60,923 bases of DNA, filler included, from an uncultured Clostridia bacterium (GCA_964441745.1; 3 parts of 3 records of this genome joined end to end with filler, not necessarily neighbours in it), one strand, 5' to 3'. Positions 17,610-27,098 are shown, numbered from the whole stretch's first letter. A program made the numbers and translations. The notes: generated by a model not told the origin, from the letters alone.

Positions 17610-20228
17610 TCAACTTTTCGGAAAATTGTCAACGACAAATTGTATTTCTTGTTCCCTGGTTTTCACCGTGCCCTCCAGACGCGCGCATAAGACTCCCTTG
17701 AAGATCTCCCGGAATTGCGGCCCCGGGGTATATCCCAGCTGCTGCAAGTCATCGCCGGTAATAGCCAGTTTTACCTTGCTTAGCTTATTCAGGAAATCAG
17801 CGGTCCTCTTCCGGTATAAGGCACTGCCGGTTTTGGTCATCTGGTAAAGCAAAACTTCTACCGGCATGGACATAAAATACTCATACATGACCATGGCCGC
17901 TAAATTACCGTTAGTACTGATCTGTTCCAATATTTCCGGCACATGTGATTTAGCTTTAAGCATTATCAGTGATTCTTCCTTCATAAATTTGAACCTGCTG
18001 ATCACTTCCCTGGTCTCTTCCAGGGACAGGTCATCGATCAGGATCAGGAAATATACCAGCCATTTATCGATCGGCCGGTCCACCAGCGGCAGGGTAAAAA
18101 GGAAAAGATTATCTTCCATGGCCAAGAACATTTTTTCAATTTTCTCTTTTAGCTTTATTTTTGGATGGATATAGCGCAACAGGTCAAAATGGTCCAGCCG
18201 TTTGGTAGCCAGCCAGGGATTATCTTCTCCGAGTATCAGGATGATCTCTTCCCGCAAGCGCTCATCCGTCAGTTTGGTGAACAAGTCGCTATTAATGGCA
18301 TTACGGATAAATTTCTCCGTATCCCGGTCGATCTTAAAATTATACCGCTGTTCAAACCGGATCGCCCGGAAGATCCTGGTCGGGTCTTCAATGAAGCTCA
18401 GGTTATACAGCACTTTTACCTTTTTCTGCTTCAGGTCTTTCCACCCGTTGAAATAATCCAGCAGCTGCCCGAACTCAGCTGAATTCAACTTGATCGCCAT
18501 GGCATTGATCGTGAAATCACGGCGGTAGAGGTCTTCTTTGATGGATGATGATTCCACTTTGGGCAAGGCCGCCGGGAATTCATAAAATTCTTTCCTGGCA
18601 GTGGCAATATCTATTTTAAAGGCATCCGGCAAAGTAATAATAGCCGTACCAAACTGTTCATGGGTTTTCAAAGCGCCACCCAGCTGCAGGGCCAGGGTAT
18701 TGGCAAAATCCAGACCGTCGCCTTCGATGACGATATCAATATCCAGGTTTTCCACACCCAGGAGCAGGTCACGCACAAAACCGCCAACCACGTAAGCTTC
18801 ATACTTTTTCTGGTCAGCGATGACGCCTATTTGCTTTAACAATTCCAGCAGACGCCTGGGCAGCATGGTATCCATCAATTGTTGTATTTTTTTTATCTTC
18901 ACTGTACTCTTCACGGGGATCCTATTCTTATAGCCGCTCAATCCGCGGCGATGGAACATCGCCACCAAGTCAGAACGGCTCACCATGCCGACTATTTTAT
19001 TGCGCTGTAGCACCGGCAAATGACCGATATCATGCTCCAGCATTATATCATGTATATTATCCAGTGACGCCTCAGCTTTAATAGTAATTACCTGCGTCGT
19101 CATATATTCTTTTACCGGCATACTGCCAAAGCCATGATGGATAGCTTTATCCACATCATACTGGGTGATAATGCCAGTCAGTTTCTGGCCGCTCACGACG
19201 GGCAGGGAATTATTGCCGTAGCGCACCATTATTTTGCGCGCTTCTTCGATGCTCGTTTCTTCACTAATTGTTTTTACCGGACTGGCCATTATTTCACTGG
19301 CAGTAGGAGCCAGGGTTACTTTTTCCTTCAGCGCTATTTTTAATTCTTCGATCACTTGCCCCATAGTCTCTGCTTTGACGCTGGCGCTGGCAGCCCAGCG
19401 GTGTCCGCCGCCGCCAAACTGCTGCATGATCTGGCCCACATTCACTTCTTCGATACGGCTGCGGGCAGTGATATAGACTTTATTCTTTATCTCGGCCAGG
19501 ACAAACAGCACATTCAAATTTTCCAGGTCCCTGATCTTATGCGCCACTACAGCCAGGTCCGGGCAATATTTATCCAGCACGACGGCAGCGATCACGATCT
19601 TCACGTTATTGATATAATAAACCTTGGCTGAATGTACCAGTTTATCCAGCAATTTCAGCTGTGCCTTATTTAGCTCTGGATTGATAAAATCCGTGACCGA
19701 ATTCAGGTCTGCCCCGCGACCGAGTAAAAATCCGGCCATCTCCAGGTCCTTGGCATGGGTTTCATTAAAGCTCAGGAATCCGGTATCCTCGTAGATCCCC
19801 AAGGCCATTAGCGTTGCTTCTTCCACTGTTAGCGGCAGGTTTTTCTCTTTGATCATTTCGATCAAACAGGTAACTGTGGCGCCAGTCTCGTGCAGGTCAT
19901 CAATCTCGCCTTTGATATCAGTGTCGGTATGTGGATGATGGTCATAGATGTGCACCACCAGACCTTCATTTTCTAAAACCTTTTCAATCCGGCCTAAACG
20001 ACCGGCCTGCCTGGTATCGACGATGATCAACCTCTTGACCTTATTGAGCTTGATCTCTTTTTCCTTGCGTATCTTGAGCAGGTAGCGGTTCATGGTCAGG
20101 AAATTCTTGACGCTGCGCTCCGGTATGCCGGGCAAGACCACTTCAGCATTAGGATAAAGCTTCTTCGCCGCCAGGCAGCTCGCCAGCGCGTCAAAATCCG
20201 CATTCATATGAGTGACGATTAAATCCAT
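17610..20228 (-). CDS. cca: tRNA nucleotidyltransferase (A-adding/CCA-type) with N-terminal DHH, DHHA1 and CBS domains
   Basis: HMNADFD, YDHH and GGGGH motifs, a CBS pair, then VGGFVRDLLLG, DIDI, RRDFTINA and EDPTRIFRAIRF. Confidence 0.9.
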   Translation of the reverse strand: MDLIVTHMNADFDALASCLAAKKLYPNAEVVLPGIPERSVKNFLTMNRYLLKIRKEKEIKLNKVKRLIIVDTRQAGRLGRIEKVLENEGLVVHIYDHHPHTDTDIKGEIDDLHETGATVTCLIEMIKEKNLPLTVEEATLMALGIYEDTGFLSFNETHAKDLEMAGFLLGRGADLNSVTDFINPELNKAQLKLLDKLVHSAKVYYINNVKIVIAAVVLDKYCPDLAVVAHKIRDLENLNVLFVLAEIKNKVYITARSRIEEVNVGQIMQQFGGGGHRWAASASVKAETMGQVIEELKIALKEKVTLAPTASEIMASPVKTISEETSIEEARKIMVRYGNNSLPVVSGQKLTGIITQYDVDKAIHHGFGSMPVKEYMTTQVITIKAEASLDNIHDIMLEHDIGHLPVLQRNKIVGMVSRSDLVAMFHRRGLSGYKNRIPVKSTVKIKKIQQLMDTMLPRRLLELLKQIGVIADQKKYEAYVVGGFVRDLLLGVENLDIDIVIEGDGLDFANTLALQLGGALKTHEQFGTAIITLPDAFKIDIATARKEFYEFPAALPKVESSSIKEDLYRRDFTINAMAIKLNSAEFGQLLDYFNGWKDLKQKKVKVLYNLSFIEDPTRIFRAIRFEQRYNFKIDRDTEKFIRNAINSDLFTKLTDERLREEIILILGEDNPWLATKRLDHFDLLRYIHPKIKLKEKIEKMFLAMEDNLFLFTLPLVDRPIDKWLVYFLILIDDLSLEETREVISRFKFMKEESLIMLKAKSHVPEILEQISTNGNLAAMVMYEYFMSMPVEVLLYQMTKTGSALYRKRTADFLNKLSKVKLAITGDDLQQLGYTPGPQFREIFKGVLCARLEGTVKTREQEIQFVVDNFPKS

Positions 20229-20248
20229 CGTTGTCCCTTTTCTACATT

Positions 20249-20662
20249 CTAACTAACAATATGTTTCTTAAGAAAAGATTCTATTGCCAGCAGAGTACCT
20301 TCTTTAGCCGAAGCCGGGCTTTCTGCTATCCACATGGCAAATTTATACAATTCTTCAATATCTGCCTTGATCCATTTATCATTCAAAAAAAGGAAAGTCA
20401 GCAAAGTGGTCATCGCCAGTCTCTTATTACCGTTCTGAAAGGGATGGTTCTTGATCATTAGGTAGAATAAAATAGCGGCTTTTCCCAGCACACCTTTATA
20501 AAGCTGCTTTCCGGCAAAAGTTTGGAAAGGAGTGATCAGGCAGCTTTCAAGGATATTGGGATAACGAGTGGAAAAATCCGGTATCGGTTCATTGAAATCC
20601 AGAGTTTGTTTGGCCAATTTATGGGCGATGATCTCCACATCGGATAATGTTATTATCTTCAT
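20249..20662 (-). CDS. Fic/Doc (death-on-curing) family toxin
   Basis: HPFQNGNKRLA Doc-type motif; 137 aa; directly follows a small HTH gene. Confidence 0.88.
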   Translation of the reverse strand: MKIITLSDVEIIAHKLAKQTLDFNEPIPDFSTRYPNILESCLITPFQTFAGKQLYKGVLGKAAILFYLMIKNHPFQNGNKRLAMTTLLTFLFLNDKWIKADIEELYKFAMWIAESPASAKEGTLLAIESFLKKHIVS

Positions 20663-20917
20663 CTATTCTCGTCCTAGCCTGCGCAAGACCTCGCCATATT
20701 CCTTAACTGTCTTTTCAACAGCTTTCTCCAGTACCTTCTTTTTGCGTTCTGAGGTCTTATTACTCAATATGGGAATATCGCCTTTATCTATAGCATAGCT
20801 TTTACCGATCTTGATAGCTGGTATTTCGCCCTTCTTGACCTTCTTAAACACCGCTATCCGGCTAATTCCTAAAAACTTGGCCAGGTCGGCAATACTGATA
20901 AATTCCTTATTTTTCAT
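20663..20917 (-). CDS. excisionase-like HTH protein, putative antitoxin of the Doc toxin
   Basis: ISIADLAKFLGISRIAVFKKVKKGEIPAIKIGKSY (HTH_17-like). C-terminal helix AVEKTVKEYGEVLRRLG resembles Doc-associated antidotes. Confidence 0.8.
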   Translation of the reverse strand: MKNKEFISIADLAKFLGISRIAVFKKVKKGEIPAIKIGKSYAIDKGDIPILSNKTSERKKKVLEKAVEKTVKEYGEVLRRLGRE

Positions 20918-20928
20918 GCTTTTTCTCC

Positions 20929-21001
20929 GTTAACCAATATTAATAAGTTAACAATTGTTAACCTTAATAGTAAAGTTAACATAATCCTTTCCTTCTGTCA
21001 A
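20929..21001 (-). promoter_or_regulatory. sigma70 promoter overlapped by a symmetric four-site GTTAAC operator
   Basis: TTGACA (21001-20996), 17 bp, TAACTT with an extended TG. GTTAAC at 20929, 20947, 20957 and 20975 with spacers 12-4-12; the centre is the perfect palindrome GTTAACAATTGTTAAC. Confidence 0.8.
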
Positions 21002-21120
21002 GAACTTTATATTAGATCTGCCACGAACCGTTTTTGATCTTTATATCAACTACGAGCGCAGCGAACTATCACCATCTCTTGCTCTACGGCCATCGACCAA
21101 AGGCTAACCGCGAACGTCTC

Positions 21121-22332
21121 TTAGTATTTAATCTCCGCTTCTATCCTAATTCCCGCATCTCGTTCATCTGCTTTATGCTCGTTATCTGTCAATCGCCACT
21201 TCAATTCTACACCCAACCGTACCTGTTTAGTCAATACTTTCTCTCCGCCTATTATTACCTTATACCTGTTCTTATCATTCACGCCATTCTCATACCGGTA
21301 ATAGTTACCTTCTATGCCGGCCCGCGCATTCCAGTCCATCCGCTGGGAATACCGCGCGCCTACTCCCACGGTCTCGCGCCGGTAATTGCCATTTGACAGG
21401 ATTTCATAGTCTACTTCCTTATGACCCAGGTCCAGGGACAAAAAGCGGTATTTCCAGCCATTAGCTATGCTAAAACTTTTAAAATCAAGGTTCGATCCCA
21501 GGTACTCCTTCTGCAAATACTCCCAGGCCAGGTCAGTCTCCACTTCAGCCAGCACTTTATGTTCAGTCCTGATATTCACCTGGCTGTATTTATAATCCAG
21601 GTCCGTATCTTCAACATCCTCATCCCGCGTATCACCCTTGCCTGTCTCTATCCGTCCGGCTATATTTTCCAGCCACACCAGCCGTGCCTTGTAATCAGCC
21701 CCGGCATTTATGACCGTCTTGATCCTGCTCCTGAGGGTCTGGTGTTCATCTGCATCCTCTATCCTGAACCACGAATTCAAAACTAACCTTTTATCCAGCA
21801 GGTACTTTTTCCCGCTGATCTGGCCAAATATCCTGTTCTCATCTTCCCGGTGCAAATAGTTGAAATTATTGATACCCGCGGCTAATCCCACGGCATAGAT
21901 ATCTTTCACTTCATATTTTATTTCCGGGGCTAATCTTAACTGGTTATATTCCGCATCTGGGCTGTTCTCATACCTCTTCTGCCGGTATTTCAGGTCCACA
22001 TCCAGTTTCAATGAATCAGTCTTAGTATCTTTCAACAGGTAGGTCACACTGCTGTTCAGCGCCTTGGAAGTATTATTCAAGTCCCCGAAGTCCTGGTACT
22101 TCTTGTCATAATAAAACCCGCTTATCCGATATTCAAACACCGGGTTGACTTTCTGGTTCAATCCCAGGTGATACCCATGATAAACATAATCATCAATAAT
22201 CGCACTGCCGTCACCGCTGTCAGAGCTCCTGGCCCCTGTCTCAATATACCCATCAAATAACAAACCTTCTGCCTGAGCCACGCAAACCAGAAGGTTTAAT
22301 AATAGAATGCCTATTAAAATATATTTATGCAA
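21121..22332 (-). CDS. putative outer-membrane beta-barrel protein
   Basis: Signal peptide ending AQA, amphipathic Y/aromatic-rich strands and C-terminal EIKY. TTG start 8 nt after GGGAGG. Confidence 0.7.
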   Translation of the reverse strand: MHKYILIGILLLNLLVCVAQAEGLLFDGYIETGARSSDSGDGSAIIDDYVYHGYHLGLNQKVNPVFEYRISGFYYDKKYQDFGDLNNTSKALNSSVTYLLKDTKTDSLKLDVDLKYRQKRYENSPDAEYNQLRLAPEIKYEVKDIYAVGLAAGINNFNYLHREDENRIFGQISGKKYLLDKRLVLNSWFRIEDADEHQTLRSRIKTVINAGADYKARLVWLENIAGRIETGKGDTRDEDVEDTDLDYKYSQVNIRTEHKVLAEVETDLAWEYLQKEYLGSNLDFKSFSIANGWKYRFLSLDLGHKEVDYEILSNGNYRRETVGVGARYSQRMDWNARAGIEGNYYRYENGVNDKNRYKVIIGGEKVLTKQVRLGVELKWRLTDNEHKADERDAGIRIEAEIKY

Positions 22333-22376
22333 AAAATAGTCCTCCCATGATAAAATAACTTCCAACTGCTTTTTAT

Positions 22377-22496
22377 TCCTGATTTCCTTATCTCCTGATT
22401 ACCTAATCTTCACTCCTGGTATCCTGTTACCCTGATACTCGTATTTTAGCTCTTCCGCATCACGCTCGACGTACGACGCTCGATGTTCGACGTTTC
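22377..22496. repeat. stacked single-arm repeats: 8-mer (TCCTGATT-like) and 7-mer (CGACGCT/CGACGTA), the latter inside the AbiEii C-terminus
   Basis: tcctgatttccttatctcctgattacctaatct...cctggtatcctgttaccctgatac, then cacgctcgacgtacgacgctcgatgttcgacgtt. Confidence 0.7.
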
Positions 22497-23267
22497 TGAT
22501 TTCCCTTTAACATAATCACAAAAATGCAGAACTTTCTTAGCGTTATCCGGATCAAACAAAAACGGTTCCACATCCCTGGCTAAATGTTTGAAATCCAGGC
22601 TCTGGCATTTACTCAGCAGTTTCTTCTTTAAACCAGGCAGATCTTTGATCGCCATTTTTTCCTCTAAATAATCAAAATTCGGCTTGCTCCGCCCCAGTAA
22701 AAAAATCGTATCATAAAAATCCCGGCCCATAGCCCGCTTCCGGTGAAAAATAGCGTAGATCTTCTGCGCCAGCAATATATCCACCGGCACTATCTTGACC
22801 CTCAGGAAAACATCAAACTTATTTAGAAAAACCTGGTCCGGCTGATACTTAAACCTTTGCGGTTCAGCATCGATCTGGATCAGCAGTTTTTCTTCTTTGT
22901 ATCCGGATAATCCCAAGTCATATAATACCCGGTTGATCTTGAGATAACAGTACCAGGCCCCCTTAAAAACATTCCTGATCTCCACCAGGTATCCTTCCAG
23001 CTCCAGTTTCTTTTTCACCAATTCTGTCATCAGTCCAAAATCCCGGCGATCCAGGCCTAGATTATCAAAATCAAGATCCTCCGAGAACCGGTTATGCTCA
23101 TAAGCGATCCGCAACGCCGTACCACCCATAAAGGCTAATTTCTGGCCATATTTTGAATCAAAAATAATAGACAATATCTTATATTGCAGGTACTCCCGCA
23201 TAAGATTCTTCTTGAACGGTTTCAGATAGTCTGGATAAAAAGTTTCAATTTGCTTAAAATCAAGCAT
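22446..23267 (-). CDS. abiEii: AbiEii/AbiGii nucleotidyltransferase toxin (type IV TA)
   Basis: FMGGTALR, RFSEDLDF, QKIYA and GRDFYD motifs. Confidence 0.92.
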   Translation of the reverse strand: MLDFKQIETFYPDYLKPFKKNLMREYLQYKILSIIFDSKYGQKLAFMGGTALRIAYEHNRFSEDLDFDNLGLDRRDFGLMTELVKKKLELEGYLVEIRNVFKGAWYCYLKINRVLYDLGLSGYKEEKLLIQIDAEPQRFKYQPDQVFLNKFDVFLRVKIVPVDILLAQKIYAIFHRKRAMGRDFYDTIFLLGRSKPNFDYLEEKMAIKDLPGLKKKLLSKCQSLDFKHLARDVEPFLFDPDNAKKVLHFCDYVKGKSETSNIERRTSSVMRKS

Positions 23268-23877
23268 TCTGCAGATACTCCCTAAAGTTATTAATTCTTC
23301 GCAAAAGCTGCTTCTGGCCCATTCTTTCCGCCAGCATTCTCAGCTTGTCCCGGTCGACTTCCCTCCGGAACAGCTCAGCGTTAAATCGCAGCTCATCAAA
23401 ATCATTACTGCTCTTTAGCTCGGGATGGATATAGAAATAATCCAAGATGGCCTTTTCCCGGCAGGCAATTTTAGTATGCTTGCCGTTATGGCTGATCAGC
23501 TCATAGCCGAAAAAAAGACCGGGCTTCAACGAGTGGTAGTTAAAATTGGCCAGGGGGGTCTTAAAAGCGCGCGTCACCAGAGTACTGGCAGAGGTTATCC
23601 CATATACGCTTTCCGGGATGAGATGATAATAAGACAGGGCAGATTCAAAAGAAACATAGGAAGGATCATATATTTTATTAGCCACAGTAAACAGGGCCAA
23701 TTCATCCAGCTTTACATCAGAGAATAGATAATAACCCCTGATCACCTTTCTGAGATAACCCTTTTCCTGCCAGTTATTCAGCCGGCGGCGGTGGAATTCC
23801 GGGTCCACGCTGTGTATGTCAGCCAGGGAGAATATGGTAAAATCCTGTAAAGCCTGCCGAAACTCTAAAAATCTCAT
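23260..23877 (-). CDS. abiEi: AbiEi-family antitoxin / transcriptional regulator
   Basis: KVIRGYY, PSYVSFESALSYYHLIPE and EKAILD motifs. Overlaps the abiEii start; GGAG RBS before the ATG at 23877. Confidence 0.88.
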   Translation of the reverse strand: MRFLEFRQALQDFTIFSLADIHSVDPEFHRRRLNNWQEKGYLRKVIRGYYLFSDVKLDELALFTVANKIYDPSYVSFESALSYYHLIPESVYGITSASTLVTRAFKTPLANFNYHSLKPGLFFGYELISHNGKHTKIACREKAILDYFYIHPELKSSNDFDELRFNAELFRREVDRDKLRMLAERMGQKQLLRRINNFREYLQNA

Positions 23878-23887
23878 CTGTTTCTCC

Positions 23888-23946
23888 AAACTGCTATTAT
23901 TAGCACTTTCAAGAAACAATATGCCATTTTATCGTTCATTTGTCAA
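23888..23946 (-). promoter_or_regulatory. abiE promoter with an inverted-repeat operator
   Basis: TTGACA (23946-23941), 17 bp, CATATT with an extended TG; inverted repeat aaactgcta-ttat-tagcacttt at 23888-23909. Confidence 0.7.
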
Positions 23947-23976
23947 GTAAAATATACTCAAGTTATCTTTTTCTTG

Positions 23977-24005
23977 TGAAGCGATTAACTGCTCTAATCG
24001 CTTCA
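23977..24005. terminator. hairpin, possible terminator
   Basis: Perfect 11-bp stem tgaagcgatta/taatcgcttca. Confidence 0.45.
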
Positions 24006-24083
24006 AAATCTGATACAATTACTTCTTGGGACCTAATATTACTGTATTTAATTAGTATCGCCTGCTCCCGGGATATAAAGACA

Positions 24084-24554
24084 TTAATTCTTTGTTTTCT
24101 TGCTAGCCCGTTTTTTAAATACCTTTCCCATATCTTTCTTGAACTCCTTAGACGCACTCAATATTTCCTCTAACTTATCTTCATCATCATAGGGAAGATC
24201 ATCTGGTTTTGCCTGCAAGGCTTTTTCCAGATTACCTTCCATATTTTGTACATGCTTCATTAGTATGCGGGCAAAGTCTGCCTTAGTAATTTTCCTGGCT
24301 TTTAGCTTTGCTCTTGGCCCAGAATAAAATCCTAAGGCCTCCATCTCTTCATCCTCTACCGCATCCTCAAACTCAACACCTTTGACAAACTCCAGTCTTT
24401 TTTCCTGCCTGAGTTCTTTATTAAAACTTGCCAAATCAGGCAGAGTATGTCCCAAGGCTTTTAGCTCTTTCCATAACTTTTTTGTAGGCAGATAAAACTC
24501 TGGGCAGGTTTTTAATCTTTCAAAGATAATCTTTTTAGCATCACTTTGGATCAT
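24084..24554 (-). CDS. hypothetical protein
   Basis: 156 aa ORF with an AGGAG RBS; charged and helical; no family recognised. Confidence 0.7.
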   Translation of the reverse strand: MIQSDAKKIIFERLKTCPEFYLPTKKLWKELKALGHTLPDLASFNKELRQEKRLEFVKGVEFEDAVEDEEMEALGFYSGPRAKLKARKITKADFARILMKHVQNMEGNLEKALQAKPDDLPYDDEDKLEEILSASKEFKKDMGKVFKKRASKKTKN

Positions 24555-24586
24555 TCGTGCTCCTATTATGTGAAATATATAAATAG

Positions 24587-25843
24587 TTAATTATAGGCTA
24601 CTTTCTTTAACATCTTTCCGGTCCAGATAATGCCGATAACCGCAGAAGATAGATCAGTTAACAACCTGCCCCAAAAAATACCCGAGATGCCAAACAATTT
24701 CGCGCCGAAATAGGCCAAAGGTATCATCAACACGACCACACGTATCGCAGTTAAATAAGTAGAAAAGACCGGCTGGTGGATACCGGTAAAACAAAAAGTA
24801 GCATAACGGTGCACTTCCAGGAACCCATAGCCAAAACAGGTAATATAAATATAACGAACCAGGATATTGACCACTGCCGGATCAGCAGAAAATAGTTTGC
24901 CCAGCGGACGCGCGATGACCAGAAAAACTAGTGCGATGGCAAAGCCAAAACCCAGCGCAAAGAGCATCGCCCCTTCGCGCACAGCGCGAATCCGGTCAAA
25001 GCGTTTAGCCCCGTAATTCTGGGCAATGAATGGCACCAGCGAAATACCCACAGTCATCGGGATCATGAACGCAAACATCTCAATGCGGCTGGCCACCCCC
25101 ACCGCAGCCACGGCAGCTTCGCCAAACCCGGCCACTATCTTAATGACCACAGCGGCAGATAGCGGAGTCAAAATAGAACTTAAGGTAGTAGAAATACCGA
25201 TATACAGGATCCGGCGCCAGGAAGCCGCGATGCGATTGTACGAATGGGAAACGAAAATAATTAAATGATACCTTTTATGGATGAACAGGAAGGCTCCGAC
25301 CAATACCAGCGTTTCGGAAATAACCGTAGCTATCGCTGCCCCCTGTATTCCCAGCCGCGGAAATCCCCACCATCCAAATATCATGACCGGATCGAGAATA
25401 AAATTCAGCGCCGTGCCCAAGACCATCAGCAAACTGACTGCCTTCGTATGCCCAGAACCAATAATAATATCGGCAAACATCATCTGTAAAACCCTGAAAA
25501 TCAAGCCATAATACCAAATCGTCATGTATTGCCGCGTCAGCGCCAGCACCTCTCCTGCCGCGCCCAAGCGCGTAAAGACAGGCTCAATCGTTAACAGCCC
25601 CGCCACCGTCAAGCATAAGGCCACACTGGAAGACAAAAAAACCGCGTGCGTAGTAATGCGCGCCGCCGTCTTCTGTTTCCCTTTGCCTAAGGCATGCGCC
25701 ACCACAGTCATGGCGCCGGTTCCCAGTCCGCGCAGGATAAAACTGAGCAGCATTACCACCGGGAATGTAAAAGACATCGCCGCCAGGGCATTAGTCCCCA
25801 ACCGCGACACAAACCAGGTATCAGTTAAGTTATAGGCGTTCAA
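24587..25843 (-). pseudogene. MATE family efflux transporter, 5'-truncated
   Basis: NAYNLTDTWFVSRLG, LNFILDP..IFG..GFP.LGIQGAA.AT and AQNYGAKRFDR motifs. The usual residues before the N-L-x-D motif are missing, and an in-frame stop occurs upstream with no ATG in between. Confidence 0.7.
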
Positions 25844-25862
25844 GGAAGAATATAGATCTTTT

Positions 25863-26024
25863 TCATTTGCATATATTTTTAATATATTTTGAGAACTCTT
25901 TGCCAGGCTTTACCGTTTTAGCCTCAGGTTTCTCGCACGAACACATATTATCTATCGTTGCGCATGCTTTTTTTGAATAAAGCGGCTTCTTCTTTTTAGG
26001 TTTAATGATATTAATTTTCTTCAT
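25863..26024 (-). CDS. small basic hypothetical protein (53 aa)
   Basis: MKKINIIKPKKKKPLYSKKACATIDNMCSCEK...; GAGG 5' of the ATG; follows the 44-aa ORF. Confidence 0.4.
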   Translation of the reverse strand: MKKINIIKPKKKKPLYSKKACATIDNMCSCEKPEAKTVKPGKEFSKYIKNICK

Positions 26025-26031
26025 TCCATCC

Positions 26032-26166
26032 TCATTCCTCATCCAGCCAGCTATAGACATCCTGCTCGGTTTTCAGGCCAAGCTCATTTGCTTTCTTCTT
26101 GCCGAACTTCTGTAATTTCTGCCACTTCGTCTCATTCATTTTATTTATGTTACTTCTAATAGCCAT
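26032..26166 (-). CDS. 44-aa ORF resembling the C-terminal part of RHH/CopG-type antitoxins
   Basis: Hand translation: MAIRSNINKMNETKWQKLQKFGKKKANELGLKTEQDVYSWLDEE; AAGGAG RBS. Confidence 0.55.
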   Translation of the reverse strand: MAIRSNINKMNETKWQKLQKFGKKKANELGLKTEQDVYSWLDEE

Positions 26167-26233
26167 CTTTTCTCCTTACTAGTGTGGTGTTACATAAATA
26201 GCTTTACATTTAAACATTGAACTGGTATACTTT

Positions 26234-26333
26234 NNNNNNNNNNNNNNNNNNNNNNNNNNNNNNNNNNNNNNNNNNNNTTAATTAATTAANNNNNNNNNNN
26301 NNNNNNNNNNNNNNNNNNNNNNNNNNNNNNNNN
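26234..26333. other. artificial contig linker (N44-TTAATTAATTAA-N44)
   Basis: N runs flank a six-frame stop cassette. Confidence 0.98.
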
Positions 26334-27098
26334 ATATGTGGTTGAATTGGAAGTTGCAGTTAAAGATAGTTCGCTATCCATTTTTTGGAAATTTTGTTTT
26401 TTTACGGTGATTCTGTATCTGACTTGTCCGTATGCGTCAAACGTCGGATCAGCTAAAACTGCGCAACCTGGAGTGGTACTGCTGATCGTAACATTATATT
26501 TATAAGTAGTAGCGCCAACAGTATCGGTTGAATAGGATCCGGCAGAAAGGATATCAGTAGAATTTACTTTTACATCGTTTTCCGGCATCCAGTCGCCTTT
26601 AGTATCCCAAATCTCTACTATTGCGTTAGTCATCGGCTGAGCGTTTGTACCAACAGCGAGCTTAATGGTAAACGGCTTGCCAGTGGTCGGTGACCCGCCG
26701 CCACCCGGGTCAGTCATGGTAAAATCTTTTCCAGTGATGACGTCGCCAAGAGTAGCAATCGTAATAGCGGTAGGAGCACCGAATTGTCCCACAGCTTCTG
26801 TAGCGGAATTATATGTATTACTGCTATCTACATCAATATAGGCCATGACATAGACACTACCAGTAGACCCTACTGAAACATCATAGGTAAAAGGGCCAGT
26901 TCCTGTAGCTGCGCCACCACCGACTACTGTGGTCATAGTACTATCACTGAACACCCCAACCTTCACTGACCCGGTTTGGGAACCAGTATAGGTTATAGCG
27001 CCCTGAATATTTGCCGCAAACGCAGCAATCGACAAACCCGCGATAAGAGTTACAGCAAGTAGTGTGCTTGCCATTACTTTTCTCAGCCATCTACTCAT
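26334..27098 (-). CDS. N-terminus of a secreted Thr/Gly/Ser-rich surface protein (partial, runs into the gap)
   Basis: Strong AAGGAGGT RBS, signal peptide ending AFA and beta-rich Ig-like segments (YVMAYIDVDSSNTYN). Confidence 0.8.

Noticed and set aside
23963..24157. 64-aa ORF upstream of abiEi
   Set aside because: It overlaps the preceding gene, spans a hairpin and has no RBS or motif support.
26234..26333. TTAATTAATTAA palindrome within N runs (also 52423-52522)
   Set aside because: Artificial six-frame-stop contig linker, not biological. Gene adjacency across it was not interpreted.
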